64,000 bases of DNA from Hyphomicrobium sp. (GCF_003987855.1 NZ_RXIZ01000003.1:18233-82232); one strand, 5' to 3'; shown: positions 52,685-62,839, numbered from the stretch's first letter. Translations and numbers: made by a program. The notes: a model not told the origin generated them from the sequence alone.

Positions 52685-54328
52685 ATGTGTTTCTCGCGAA
52701 CCACTAAATTTATTGCTCCTCTGGCTGTGGGCGCCTCATTGATCGCCTCGCAAATTTCGGCGCCCGCTGCCAACGCTCAGACGCAGCCAAACATCGTCTT
52801 CATTATGGGCGATGATATTGGCATGTGGAATATCGGCGCTTACCATCGCGGCTTGATGGCGGGTCGAACGCCTAATCTCGATAAGATCGCCAAGGAAGGC
52901 ATGCTCTTCACGGACTATTATGCCGAGGCGAGCTGCACGGCCGGTCGTGCGAACTTCATCACTGGCGAGCTTCCGATACGCACAGGTATGACCACGGTTG
53001 GGCAAGCTGGAGCTCCGACAGGGCTGCCGGCCGAGGCTGTAACGATCGCGACGGTGTTGAAATCAATGGGCTACGCCACCGGCCAGTTTGGAAAAAACCA
53101 TCTGGGCGACAAGAACGAGTTTCTGCCCACAGTCCATGGTTTCGATGAGTTCTTCGGTTACCTGTATCATCTGGACGCTATGGAGGATCCTGCTCATCCG
53201 AACTACCCGCAGAACCTGCTGAATGTCGTTGGTCCGCGCAACATGGTGCATAGTTGGGCGACCGACACCGACGATCCAACGGACATGCCGCGATGGGGAA
53301 AAGTCGGCAAGCAAAAGATAGAGGACGCTGGTCCGCTCTATCCCAAGCGCATGGAAACGGTTGACGACGAAATCCGTGACCTGGCGCTCAACTTTATGGA
53401 GAAGGCAAAAAGCGACGGTAAGCCCTTCTTCGTCTGGTTGAACCCGACGCGCATGCATATCGTCACTCACCTTTCCCCGAAATACGAGGCCATGCGCAAC
53501 TCCGACAATGGATGGTCGGAAGAAGAAGCCGGCATGGCGCAACTTGACGACGACGTCGGTCTGGTCATGAAAAAGTTGAAGGACATGGGCGTCGACGACA
53601 ACACGATCGTCGTCTTCAGCACAGACAACGGCACTGAAGTCTTCACTTGGCCGGACGGTGGACAGACGCCCTTTGCGCAATCCAAGGGAACCGTACTTGA
53701 GGGCGGCTTCCGGGTTCCGGCGATTGTTCGCTGGCCGGGCCACGTACCTGCGGACTCCGTGCAAAATGGGATCTTCTCAGGCCTTGATTGGTTTCCGACC
53801 TTCGTTGCGGCGGCAGGAAATCCGAGCATTGCCGATGAATTGCTGAAGGGTAAGCAGATCGGCGACCGCACCTACAAGAACCATCTGGATGGCTACAATC
53901 AATTGGCCTGCATCACCGGCAAAGGACCCTCTGCGCGTCACGAAATCTTCTATCTCGGCGAAAGCACCGTCGGTGCGGTGCGGATCGACGACTACAAGTT
54001 TCGCTTCATCGATCAGCCTGCAGGCTGGTTAGGCGAAAAGACACACCCCGACATTCCATATATCACCAACCTCCGTCTCGATCCGTTCGAGAGAACAGGT
54101 TGGCCAAATAACGGTACCAAGGAAGGCGCTCAGCAATATTTCGACTGGTTCAAGTATCAGTTCTGGCGCTTCGTATTCGTCCAGCAGGTTGTCGGAAAGG
54201 AACTACAAACGTTCCTCGACTTCCCACCGATGCAGCGAGGTGCAAGCTTCAACCTCGACGCGGTCAAAGCCGAAATGCAGAAGCGCATGGCCGAAGCGCA
54301 AGCGGCTAGCAAAGGCCCTGGCCAATAA
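52685..54328 (+). CDS. arylsulfatase (type I), second copy with CxAxR motif
   Basis: It has a signal peptide, IVFIMGDDIGMWN, and the FGly motif SCTAGRANFITG. Confidence 0.88.
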   Translation: MCFSRTTKFIAPLAVGASLIASQISAPAANAQTQPNIVFIMGDDIGMWNIGAYHRGLMAGRTPNLDKIAKEGMLFTDYYAEASCTAGRANFITGELPIRTGMTTVGQAGAPTGLPAEAVTIATVLKSMGYATGQFGKNHLGDKNEFLPTVHGFDEFFGYLYHLDAMEDPAHPNYPQNLLNVVGPRNMVHSWATDTDDPTDMPRWGKVGKQKIEDAGPLYPKRMETVDDEIRDLALNFMEKAKSDGKPFFVWLNPTRMHIVTHLSPKYEAMRNSDNGWSEEEAGMAQLDDDVGLVMKKLKDMGVDDNTIVVFSTDNGTEVFTWPDGGQTPFAQSKGTVLEGGFRVPAIVRWPGHVPADSVQNGIFSGLDWFPTFVAAAGNPSIADELLKGKQIGDRTYKNHLDGYNQLACITGKGPSARHEIFYLGESTVGAVRIDDYKFRFIDQPAGWLGEKTHPDIPYITNLRLDPFERTGWPNNGTKEGAQQYFDWFKYQFWRFVFVQQVVGKELQTFLDFPPMQRGASFNLDAVKAEMQKRMAEAQAASKGPGQ

Positions 54329-54340
54329 AGCCTTCCATTG

Positions 54341-54364
54341 CGGCGGCTCACAAACGAGCCGCCG
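54341..54364. terminator. hairpin between convergent genes
   Basis: A 9-bp perfect stem CGGCGGCTC / GAGCCGCCG with a 6-nt loop. No U-tract follows on either strand. Confidence 0.4.
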
Positions 54365-54367
54365 TGC

Positions 54368-54853
54368 CTAAGGTCCGTGCTGGGTCACTCGCCGGAAAAT
54401 CCTGGCTAGGATGACGATAGCAGTGGCGCCGACGAGTATCGGTAAGACCAGGAACTCGAGGCCCGGCCGTGCCATGGCCACAACGATGGGATTGGCGCCA
54501 GCAGGCGGGTGGACAGTATCCGTCAGCATCATCGCGGTGATGGCGAGGCCAACACCGGACGCTAGACCAAAGGCGCTATAGCCGAGTAGTGCGCACGCCG
54601 ATAATCCCATCACTGCCGAAATCACATGGCCGCCGATGATATTCTTCGGTTGGGCAAAGGGGCTCGCGGGAAATCCAAACGCCAGAACACAAGTCGCGCC
54701 AAACGGCGGGACGAGCAAATTCAATTGGCTTATGTCACGCACGAGGGCGAGCAGCCCAATCGCGATGAAGCCGCCAACCCCCGCCAGAATGGCTGGGCGC
54801 CAGGAGCGCGCATGCGTCAGCCAAAAGAACCTTTGTCGTGCCGGTGTGCCCAA
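54368..54853 (-). CDS. HPP-family membrane protein
   Basis: There are four TM segments and the signature TVHPPAGANP. Confidence 0.8.
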   Translation of the reverse strand: MGTPARQRFFWLTHARSWRPAILAGVGGFIAIGLLALVRDISQLNLLVPPFGATCVLAFGFPASPFAQPKNIIGGHVISAVMGLSACALLGYSAFGLASGVGLAITAMMLTDTVHPPAGANPIVVAMARPGLEFLVLPILVGATAIVILARIFRRVTQHGP

Positions 54854-54930
54854 TATTTCCGCCTTTAATCAAAGTTGCGGGCGCAGTGAAACGGCGGCGC
54901 CGCTGACCAGAAGCAGCGCCGCCATGTGGG

Positions 54931-56130
54931 TCAGCGTTTGAACTTCGCAGCTTCTTCCGAGCCGGAAGTGGCGTTGCCTGCGCTATATGAGTGGGCGCCG
55001 ACACCGGCAAGCTTACCCCCTTGAACGATCAGGTACTCGTTGCGAATGGGCTTCTTGCCGAAATAACATTCGAGAATTTCCCGCGTACCCGCTGCGTAGC
55101 GCGCTTGTGCCGAAAGCGACGTTCCAGAGATATGTGGCGTCATGCCGTGATGAGGCATCGTTCGCCAGGGATGGTCTTGCGGCGGTGGCTGTGGGAACCA
55201 CACGTCACCCGCATAGCCAGCAAGCTGACCGCTTTCGAGTGCGCGAACAATGGCGTCCCGGTCGCAGAGCTTGCCGCGCGCGGTATTTACAAGGTATGCG
55301 CCGCGCTTGAAGTTCTTCAGCGTTTTGTCGTTGATCATATGCTCGGTTTCGGGATGAAGCGGGCAATTCAACGTAACGACGTCGCAGGCCTTCGTGAGGC
55401 TTTCGAGGCTCGTGTGATGGGTGAGATTCAGTTCCCTTTCAACTGCATCGGGGAGCTTATAACGATCCATATAATGAAGATGCACATCGAAGGGCTTCAG
55501 CAGGCGTAACACCCGCAAGCCGATGCGCCCTGCGGCAACCGTGCCGACGTGCATACCCTCAATGTCGTATGACCGCTCCACGCAATCAGCAATGTTCCAA
55601 CCGCCTTTGATCACCCAATTGTACGAGGGAATGTAGTTGCGGACGAGCGACAGCATCTGCATGACAACGTGCTCTGCGACGCTGTTGGAGTTGCAGTATG
55701 TGACTTCCGCGACGGTTATGCCGCGATCCATGGCTGCCTGCAGGTCAGTGTGATCGGAGCCGATACCAGCAGTCACAATCATCCTGAGCTTCGGGGCTTT
55801 GGCAATTCGCTCGGCGGTCATGTACGCCGGCCAGAATGGTTGCGAGATGACGATCTCAGCGTCCGGCAGTTCCTGGTCCAGCTTTGAGTTTTTGCCGTCC
55901 TTGTCAGAGGTCACAACCAGCGTATGGCCGTTGCTTTCCAGGTATCTGCGCAGACCCAGTTCCCCCGACACGCTGCCGAGAAGATGCCCCGGAACGAAGT
56001 CGATAGCTTGTGGCGTCGGGGTCGTTTGACCATCGGGGTATTTGGTGATTTTGGGGATGTCGTCCCGCGCGTAGGATTTGGGGTATCCGTTTACGGGATC
56101 GTCGTAGAGCACACATACGATTTTAGCCAT
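54931..56130 (-). CDS. fdh: NAD-dependent formate dehydrogenase
   Basis: The sequence from the ATG at 56130 is MAKIVCVLYDDPVNGYPKSYARDDIPKITKYPDGQTTPTP...GSDHTDLQAAMDRGITVAEVTYCNS...GTVAAGRIGL and runs for 399 aa. It closely resembles the Pseudomonas sp. 101 type FDH. The upstream 30 codons of the track ORF are probably not translated. Confidence 0.92.
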   Translation of the reverse strand: MAKIVCVLYDDPVNGYPKSYARDDIPKITKYPDGQTTPTPQAIDFVPGHLLGSVSGELGLRRYLESNGHTLVVTSDKDGKNSKLDQELPDAEIVISQPFWPAYMTAERIAKAPKLRMIVTAGIGSDHTDLQAAMDRGITVAEVTYCNSNSVAEHVVMQMLSLVRNYIPSYNWVIKGGWNIADCVERSYDIEGMHVGTVAAGRIGLRVLRLLKPFDVHLHYMDRYKLPDAVERELNLTHHTSLESLTKACDVVTLNCPLHPETEHMINDKTLKNFKRGAYLVNTARGKLCDRDAIVRALESGQLAGYAGDVWFPQPPPQDHPWRTMPHHGMTPHISGTSLSAQARYAAGTREILECYFGKKPIRNEYLIVQGGKLAGVGAHSYSAGNATSGSEEAAKFKR

Positions 56131-56439
56131 CTCATATTCCTCGATGAATAGGACATGAGGAGACGCTCCGTGCGGCGGGCCGAACGGCTGACGTAAGCGT
56201 AAAATGAGGGATGCTGGCAACGCTCCTGGGAGTGCTGCCCATATTCCTCTCGCGTTTCCTCGCCTGGCAGCCGGCTTTTTGAAGCTCTATGACCGATCAA
56301 GCGCCCGAGTTCTCGTGCTCAAGCGAGCCATCGTCAAACGGAAGGGATTTCTCGACTGATCGATCCCGTCGATGAACTAACGCGAAATCTGCCGGGACGG
56401 CCAACGACGGCAGTTATCGGTTGCACAACGCCTAGGTGC

Positions 56440-56459
56440 TAGCTATAGCCATATAGCTA
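56440..56459. promoter_or_regulatory. dyad TAGCTATA-GCCA-TATAGCTA, candidate LysR operator in the fdh/lysR divergent region
   Basis: It has perfect 8-bp inverted arms with a 4-nt spacer and lies 18 nt upstream of the LysR ATG at 56477. Confidence 0.5.
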
Positions 56460-56476
56460 TATCGTTGGAGATGCGG

Positions 56477-57388
56477 ATGTTCGTTCGCCAGATGAGCTAT
56501 CTGTTAGCTCTTGCTCGCGAGAAGCATTTTACGCGAGCGGCTGAAAGCTGCTGTGTGACCCAATCCACCCTCTCGTCCGGGCTCAAAGCGCTGGAGCGAG
56601 AGCTGAACATGCCTCTTGTGCTAAGGGGATCCAGGTTCATCGGCCTCACCCCCGAAGGCGAGCGCGTGGCTGCGTGGGCCGTTCATATCGTATCTGACTA
56701 CGAAAATCTGAAGCAAGATGTTGCGGGACTGCGCTCCGGCCTAAAGGGCACTCTCCGCCTCGGGGTAGTGCCTGCAGCAATGCCCGCAGTTGCAAAACTG
56801 ACCGCTCCGTTTTGCGCTCAGAATCCAGGTCTGGCGGTAAACGTAATTTCACTGACTTCGGCTGAAATTCAAGTCGGCATCGATAAGTTCGATTTGGATG
56901 CGGGGATCACATATCTCGAAAATGAGCCGCTTACAAAAGTGCGGAAGATCCCGCTATACGAAGAGCGATATCTGTTAGTCACGCATATCGACAGCCCACT
57001 CGCACAGATGCCTTCTGTTTCCTGGCGCGACGCGGCGGCGGAAAATCTCTGCCTCCTCAACGAGAGCATGCAGAACAGGCGCATTCTGAATAACCTCGCT
57101 CGATCATTCGGGATCGAGCTCATACCCTCTATTACTTCCAACTCCTATCTCGCTATCTGCTCGCACGTTTGTACCGGCGGATGGGCGAGCATAATCCCGC
57201 ACACTTTTTCCTACATCTTCCGGGGTTGCAGAGAACTCACGTTCGTAGAACTGGTCGGCCCAAAACACAGCCAATCGATCGGCATCGTCGTGTCGGAGCG
57301 AGATCCATTATCCCCGATCGCCCACGCGCTCTTGCGATGCGCCGGAAGAATGGTTGCAAACAATCCTCTCGTGCCGAGCCTGGCTTGA
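56477..57388 (+). CDS. LysR-family transcriptional regulator (divergent from fdh)
   Basis: The wHTH is MFVRQMSYLLALAREKHFTRAAESCCVTQSTLSSGLKALE. The start was chosen by alignment to the usual LysR N-terminus; the track ORF starts at 56465. Confidence 0.85.
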   Translation: MFVRQMSYLLALAREKHFTRAAESCCVTQSTLSSGLKALERELNMPLVLRGSRFIGLTPEGERVAAWAVHIVSDYENLKQDVAGLRSGLKGTLRLGVVPAAMPAVAKLTAPFCAQNPGLAVNVISLTSAEIQVGIDKFDLDAGITYLENEPLTKVRKIPLYEERYLLVTHIDSPLAQMPSVSWRDAAAENLCLLNESMQNRRILNNLARSFGIELIPSITSNSYLAICSHVCTGGWASIIPHTFSYIFRGCRELTFVELVGPKHSQSIGIVVSERDPLSPIAHALLRCAGRMVANNPLVPSLA

Positions 57389-57633
57389 CCAATTGCGCCG
57401 AGTCGCGAGCGACTACCTAAGGGCCGACCGTTGTAGCGGGATAACCGCGTGAAAACCGTGGACGATTGGCGACGTTGATCGCGCCGAACGGGATCGGGGC
57501 ACCGTTACAATTGTTGCGCTTTGGTGACGCGCATTGATCATCCTCACGAGGGCGATATTAGTCCTTTGCCAAACGCGCAGGTTCAATTCTATTTTCACTC
57601 GGAAATACAGACGTTTGTGAAATCGGCATCATA

Positions 57634-58041
57634 ATGAGTGCCCAGGGGCGCAAAATCGACGGCCGGACCTGGCGCGCGAATATCGTACGCGTCGTTCTTG
57701 CCGCATTTCTGCTGCGCGCCCTGATCCCCGCCGGATTTATGCCCGACTTCGGCGCTGCCTCTCACGGCGTCTTCCAGGTTGTTATTTGCTCCGCAAATGG
57801 ACTGGAGCATCTCACCCTGGACGTGGATGGGAAACCGGTTCACGGGCAAAAGTCGTCTCACCAACATCAACCCTGCGCCTTCAGCGGTTTGGCTGCAGTC
57901 GCCTTGCCCTCCCTTGCAGACGCTCGGCTGCCAGTACCGAGTCATCACAGCGTAGCGACTCTAACCTACGATGCTGCAGGCTTGCCTCCGGCACGCGCGG
58001 GGCCTCCTCTCGGGTCTCGCGGCCCCCCTCAACTCTCCTGA
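57634..58041 (+). CDS. DUF2946 domain protein
   Basis: It contains VVLAAFLLRALIPAGFMP and sits immediately upstream of a TonB-dependent receptor, which is typical for this family. Confidence 0.7.
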   Translation: MSAQGRKIDGRTWRANIVRVVLAAFLLRALIPAGFMPDFGAASHGVFQVVICSANGLEHLTLDVDGKPVHGQKSSHQHQPCAFSGLAAVALPSLADARLPVPSHHSVATLTYDAAGLPPARAGPPLGSRGPPQLS

Positions 58042-58106
58042 ACTGAACCGATTGTCCCGACGCCGGTAGCGGCGTTCGTTCAGAGGCTTGTCAGGAGCAT
58101 TTTCCT

Positions 58107-60530
58107 ATGTCGACCGCTTGTTCGCGCTTTCGCACGCAGCCAACAGCTGCTGTGCGCGCCACCATTTCCATCATGGCTCTCCTTTGCACCCTTCGTGCCG
58201 CTCAAGGCGAGGAGGCCAAGCTGCCAGAAGCGACGCTGAACACGTCTTCTCCTTCCGCCAAAACCGAATTGCCCGCCGTCGAAGTCTTGCAGGAAAGGAA
58301 AAAAGCCAAATCGGCGAAGAGGACGGCCTCCAAACAAATGACAGCAAATCCCGCGTCGGCCGAGAACCTTTCTCGGGCGGAAAAGGCAGCGCCAATCCAA
58401 TCCGACGCCTTCACCCCGGTCAACGGGGAACGCATCGGCGATGCGGAACCAGGGACAAGTCAAAGCGGCGCCGGTCTCGGAGGCCGCTTTACGGGTTACA
58501 CGGTCGTGGGATCCGCCGTTTCGACGAAGGATGGAATTGCGGTGATGCAAAACCCGGTGGCCGTTCAAGTGGTACCGAGGGAGGTCCTTGACGACCAGCA
58601 AGCGGTTTCAGTTCAGGATGCGATCGTGGGCAACGTCTCAAGCGTGCTTCCCTCGAGCGACACGTTCTATGATGGATTTACGATCCGCGGCTTCGACAGG
58701 GCAAATATCTACCGCAACGATTTGCGGACGCTCTCTTCGTCGCACCTCAACACGTCCAATCTGCAGTCGATCGAAGTCCTGAAGGGTCCAGCCGCCATGT
58801 TCTTCGGGCGGCTAGAACCCGGTGGCGTTGTCAACCTCGTATTGAAGCGCCCGCTCGACACATCCTACACGTCGGTTGAGGAGCAGGTCGACTCCTGGGG
58901 CAAGAGCAATACCTCTGTCGATACGACAGGTGCACTGACGCCAGACAAGACCTGGCTCTACCGGCTCAATCTCAATTATTCCGATGGCGACACGTTCAGA
59001 GACTTCGTGTGGAACCGGGATGTCTTCATCGCGCCGACAATTTCATTTCGTCCCAACAGCGCGTTTCGATTGAACGTCGACGTCGAATATCAGAACACGA
59101 CCTTCGTCGCCGACGCCGACACAGCACTTCCAGCAATTGGAAACCGGCCAGCGCCTATTCCGATCAGCCGATACCTTCAAGACCCCGCGGTGACCGCTGC
59201 CGACCCTACCACGCAGGAGCGCGCGCTCATCGGATACGACTGGACCTATAATCTGAGCAGAGATTGGAGCGTCACCAATCGCTTTTCTTACGAGCACACC
59301 GACTACAACCAGCGAATAACCAATCTTGTGTCGCTTAATGAGACGACCGGCATCGCAGACCGCGGTTTATGGGACGAGGCCATATCGAGAGATGCTTACG
59401 CCACCAATCTCGATATCAAGGGCAATGTTCGCACTGGGTCGCTCAACCACGCCCTCCTATTCGGCGTCGACTATCAGAAATTTTCGGAGATTCCGAACGG
59501 CTATGCCGCTTATGCGGATCCGAATTACGGTACAAATCCGGTCATCGGTCCGATCAACATTTTCGACCCGCATTACAGCTTTTCAGGCTACGTGAAACCA
59601 CCGAACAACGACCACGGCAACGCTCAGGAGTCTTGGGCCGGCGTTTATGCTCAGGACATGGTGTCATTCTTCAACGACCGGGTGCACCTGCTCTTTGGCG
59701 GCCGTTATGATTGGGCAGACACGGGGTACGGATACAGCAACACGTCCGCCGCTGAGGCAGCAGCTTCCGTCCGGACCACGCACGAAGAAGCCTTCAGCCC
59801 GAGAGCCGGCATCGTGATCCAGCCTCAGCCTTGGCTGTCGTTCTATGCCAACTACTCGAAATCGTTCGGTGCGACGAATTCCTTCAATAGCCCTCTTCCC
59901 GGCTCCGCGCCGCTCGCTCCTGAGGAAGGAACCCAGTGGGAAGGCGGCGTCAAATCGCAATTCTTCAACAACAGATTGACCGCCACGCTCGCGTATTACG
60001 ACATCACGAAATCCAATGTCGCCGAACCGATCCCGGGCAATCCATTTTACTATCAAACGATAGGCTTGGTGGGCAGCCGTGGCTTCGAGTTCGATATCGC
60101 GGGCCGCATTGATGAGCACTGGAGCGTCATCGGAAACTACGCGTACGACGACGCAAAAATCCTCGATGACACGAATGGCAATCAAGGTCACCGACTGGCA
60201 AATGTGCCGCAAAACGCCGTCGGCATTTGGATCAAGTACGATGCCGACGGATCATTCAAGGGGCTAAGTCTGGGCGGCGGTGTGACGGTGCTTGGAGACC
60301 GGCAGGGCGATAACACGAACGATTTTGAACTTCCTGCCTTTGCCCGCGTCGACGCGATGATCATGTATCGCCTGCCCCGTTATCTGCTCGACTGGGGAAA
60401 GAATGCGACCTTGCAGCTCAACGTCAAGAATGTCTTCGACGAGACGTATTATCTGCATTCCTACGATCGCTTCAGCATCGCACCCGGAGCTCCGCGCACA
60501 TTCATTGTTTCACTGCGGTCGGAGTTCTGA
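58107..60530 (+). CDS. TonB-dependent outer-membrane receptor
   Basis: The plug motif is IEVLKGPAAMFFGRLEPGGVVNLVLKRP. A long beta-barrel region follows, ending in the C-terminal sequence TFIVSLRSEF with a terminal Phe. Confidence 0.9.
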   Translation: MSTACSRFRTQPTAAVRATISIMALLCTLRAAQGEEAKLPEATLNTSSPSAKTELPAVEVLQERKKAKSAKRTASKQMTANPASAENLSRAEKAAPIQSDAFTPVNGERIGDAEPGTSQSGAGLGGRFTGYTVVGSAVSTKDGIAVMQNPVAVQVVPREVLDDQQAVSVQDAIVGNVSSVLPSSDTFYDGFTIRGFDRANIYRNDLRTLSSSHLNTSNLQSIEVLKGPAAMFFGRLEPGGVVNLVLKRPLDTSYTSVEEQVDSWGKSNTSVDTTGALTPDKTWLYRLNLNYSDGDTFRDFVWNRDVFIAPTISFRPNSAFRLNVDVEYQNTTFVADADTALPAIGNRPAPIPISRYLQDPAVTAADPTTQERALIGYDWTYNLSRDWSVTNRFSYEHTDYNQRITNLVSLNETTGIADRGLWDEAISRDAYATNLDIKGNVRTGSLNHALLFGVDYQKFSEIPNGYAAYADPNYGTNPVIGPINIFDPHYSFSGYVKPPNNDHGNAQESWAGVYAQDMVSFFNDRVHLLFGGRYDWADTGYGYSNTSAAEAAASVRTTHEEAFSPRAGIVIQPQPWLSFYANYSKSFGATNSFNSPLPGSAPLAPEEGTQWEGGVKSQFFNNRLTATLAYYDITKSNVAEPIPGNPFYYQTIGLVGSRGFEFDIAGRIDEHWSVIGNYAYDDAKILDDTNGNQGHRLANVPQNAVGIWIKYDADGSFKGLSLGGGVTVLGDRQGDNTNDFELPAFARVDAMIMYRLPRYLLDWGKNATLQLNVKNVFDETYYLHSYDRFSIAPGAPRTFIVSLRSEF

Positions 60531-60532
60531 AA

Positions 60533-61723
60533 ATGATTAGCGGCATGGCTACATCGGGTTCGGCTGCAACCGTCGCTGGCTCTTCCGGTCGCATTCGATG
60601 GATGCTGCGCTTCCTCCATCGAACGCTTGGGCATACGCTCGGCATCGTCTTTGTCGTCATTGGTCTGACGGGGAGCATGCTTGCTTACTGGCAGGCAATT
60701 GATGAAGCATTGAACCCCGGTGTTCTGCTGGTCGCTGCATCGCCACCGGAAGATCGTCAATACCGCCCTATCGACCAGATCATGTCCTCGGCGAAGGCGG
60801 CGATGAAACCGGGCGGAGAAGCACGAATTTTAATCATGCCTCGACACGAGAATGCTGCCGCTTTGGTGCTGTACGAAATTCAGCGCTCGGGAGGCGTCAT
60901 CGATCTCCACGAAATAGGCATCGACCCTTACACCGCGACGACGGTCGGACAGCGTGCTATCCAGGAAGACGGCCGCACGCTTTCGATGCCCTTCATCCAA
61001 ATCCTCATGAGCCTTCATTCGGCGCTTCTGTTGAACGAAGGCGGCGAAATTCTGGTCGCTGTCATCGCCACCTTCATGATCATCTCCATCATTGCCGGGA
61101 TCTATCTTTGGTGGCCCCGCAATGGCAACTGGCGCCAAGCCATTACGATCAAAAGAGGCGCCAGCCCGGCACGGCGGATTTTCGACGTGCACCGGGTTAC
61201 CGGGGCATGGACATCGATTGTACTCATTGCGATGCTGTTTACTGGCACCTACGTTATCATTCGCCAAGTAATGCCCAGTCTGCTCTCGTTCGTAGCGGGA
61301 TCAGAAAAGCCATTGGATAGCTACAGGTCGGCGGCATCGCTGGGCGCTACTATCTCGCCGGGAGACGCTGTCAAGCGTGCTGAAGAGGCGCTTCCTGGTG
61401 GGAAGTTGTACTCTCTCAGCTTGCCGCAAAATCGCGAGGGCGTTTACATCGTTGGCCGGCAGTCGGTAGAGGAGCCAAACCGCGCCGCGACGTATCGCAA
61501 CGTCGTCGTCGATCAATTCAGCGGGGCTGTGCTCACCATTCAAGATCGTGACAAGTTTTCCGCAGGTGAGACATTCAACGAATGGGTCTATCCGCTTCAC
61601 TGCGGCGAAGCGTTCGGCAACTTTGGTCGCGGTGTCGTCATGCTGCTTGGTATCGTTCCGGCGCTGCTCTATTTCACTGCTCTTGCACGTTGGCTGAATA
61701 AACGGCGCGCAACGTCAAAATGA
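60533..61723 (+). CDS. PepSY-associated TM helix protein (PiuB-like)
   Basis: It starts 2 nt after the receptor stop. Four TM segments carry conserved His residues (LHRTLGH, SLHSALL, VHRVTGAW, YPLHCGEAFG). Confidence 0.8.
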   Translation: MISGMATSGSAATVAGSSGRIRWMLRFLHRTLGHTLGIVFVVIGLTGSMLAYWQAIDEALNPGVLLVAASPPEDRQYRPIDQIMSSAKAAMKPGGEARILIMPRHENAAALVLYEIQRSGGVIDLHEIGIDPYTATTVGQRAIQEDGRTLSMPFIQILMSLHSALLLNEGGEILVAVIATFMIISIIAGIYLWWPRNGNWRQAITIKRGASPARRIFDVHRVTGAWTSIVLIAMLFTGTYVIIRQVMPSLLSFVAGSEKPLDSYRSAASLGATISPGDAVKRAEEALPGGKLYSLSLPQNREGVYIVGRQSVEEPNRAATYRNVVVDQFSGAVLTIQDRDKFSAGETFNEWVYPLHCGEAFGNFGRGVVMLLGIVPALLYFTALARWLNKRRATSK

Positions 61724-61727
61724 CTGA

Positions 61728-62273
61728 TCAAGTTATTCCGGCTGTGATGTAGAGCAAGCAACCGGAAGGACTAAAGGCCGATGGATGCGTACGGCCCTTC
61801 GGCGCGAAATGAAAATCTCCAGCCTTCAGCAGGAGATCGCCGAACTTAAGATCGCCCTGAATCACGAGGCACTCTTCGTCATCGTCGTGATCGTGAGACT
61901 GATAACGGGCGCCGGGTTTCATGCGAATGAGGGACGACTGACGATTTGCTTTCTCATTTCGCCACAGCAACGCAGTTTCGACGCCATCCGACAGCGGTCG
62001 CCAATCATAGGCATCGGCCCGCAGAGTAAGCGTCCCAGTCAGAGCGGCGTCGGCCTCAGCTATGCGAGTTTCGATGCCCGCAAACAAATCGGGCGGAGGC
62101 TCAGCTGGTGAAATGAGCGTAGCAAGCGGGGAGAGCCGCATCGCGATTGCGTCCACCGCATGATGCAGATCGGCTTCACGTTGCTCAATCGCACCAGCGT
62201 GTCTCCGCTCATCCTGACTTAAGCCTCCGAGCACCAGACCTGCCACCAGCTCTTCAAACTCGTTCGTCGTCAT
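61728..62273 (-). CDS. ChrR-like anti-sigma factor with C-terminal cupin domain
   Basis: The ATG at 62273 overlaps the sigma-factor stop (ATGA). The C-terminal cupin is ARYQSHDHDDDEECLVIQGDL. No TM segment is present. Confidence 0.7.
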   Translation of the reverse strand: MTTNEFEELVAGLVLGGLSQDERRHAGAIEQREADLHHAVDAIAMRLSPLATLISPAEPPPDLFAGIETRIAEADAALTGTLTLRADAYDWRPLSDGVETALLWRNEKANRQSSLIRMKPGARYQSHDHDDDEECLVIQGDLKFGDLLLKAGDFHFAPKGRTHPSAFSPSGCLLYITAGIT

Positions 62274-62839
62274 GAAGCCAAGCAATCTTGAAGTTTCGCC
62301 AACCCTCTGGTTACCCAGCTCTTCGCAGTTCCCAGTGGAACGCTCAGTTTCGATGACAGTTCCTCGTGTGTCAGGCCGTGGAAGTATGCCAGCAAAATCG
62401 CGCGAGAATACTTGGCATCGAGGTTCTCAAGGCACCGCTTGAGGCTCAGAGCTTCGACCGACCCTCCGCCAAGTCGTTCCGAAGCAGAGGACAGAAGTTC
62501 TTCGTCTGCATCGTCGAGCGATATGGATGTTCGTTTCGTCTGAGCCAATCTATCGAGCACGCAACGTCGCGTAATTGTGACCATCCAGCCAAGAGCAGGC
62601 CCTTTATCTCGGTTATAGAGGTTAGCCTTCTGCCAAATACGGAAATACGCCTCTTGGAAAACATCGTTGGCGGCGTCCCGGTCCCGAAGCATCTTTAGGC
62701 AGATCGGATAAAGGCGGGAAGAGGTGGCGTCGTAAAGTTCGCGAAACGCATTCTTGTTGCCCGAAGCGACTGCGACGAGCAAATCCTCGTTCGAAACGAG
62801 GAGGGAGTTCTGAGCGAAATTGGGTTTTGCGCCGATCAT
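62270..62839 (-). CDS. ECF-type RNA polymerase sigma factor
   Basis: Region 2 is DVFQEAYFRIWQKA and region 4 is LLAYFHGLTHEELSSKLSVPLGTAKSWVTRGLAKL. The internal ATG at 62839 removes the overlap with the upstream gene. Confidence 0.85.
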   Translation of the reverse strand: MIGAKPNFAQNSLLVSNEDLLVAVASGNKNAFRELYDATSSRLYPICLKMLRDRDAANDVFQEAYFRIWQKANLYNRDKGPALGWMVTITRRCVLDRLAQTKRTSISLDDADEELLSSASERLGGGSVEALSLKRCLENLDAKYSRAILLAYFHGLTHEELSSKLSVPLGTAKSWVTRGLAKLQDCLAS

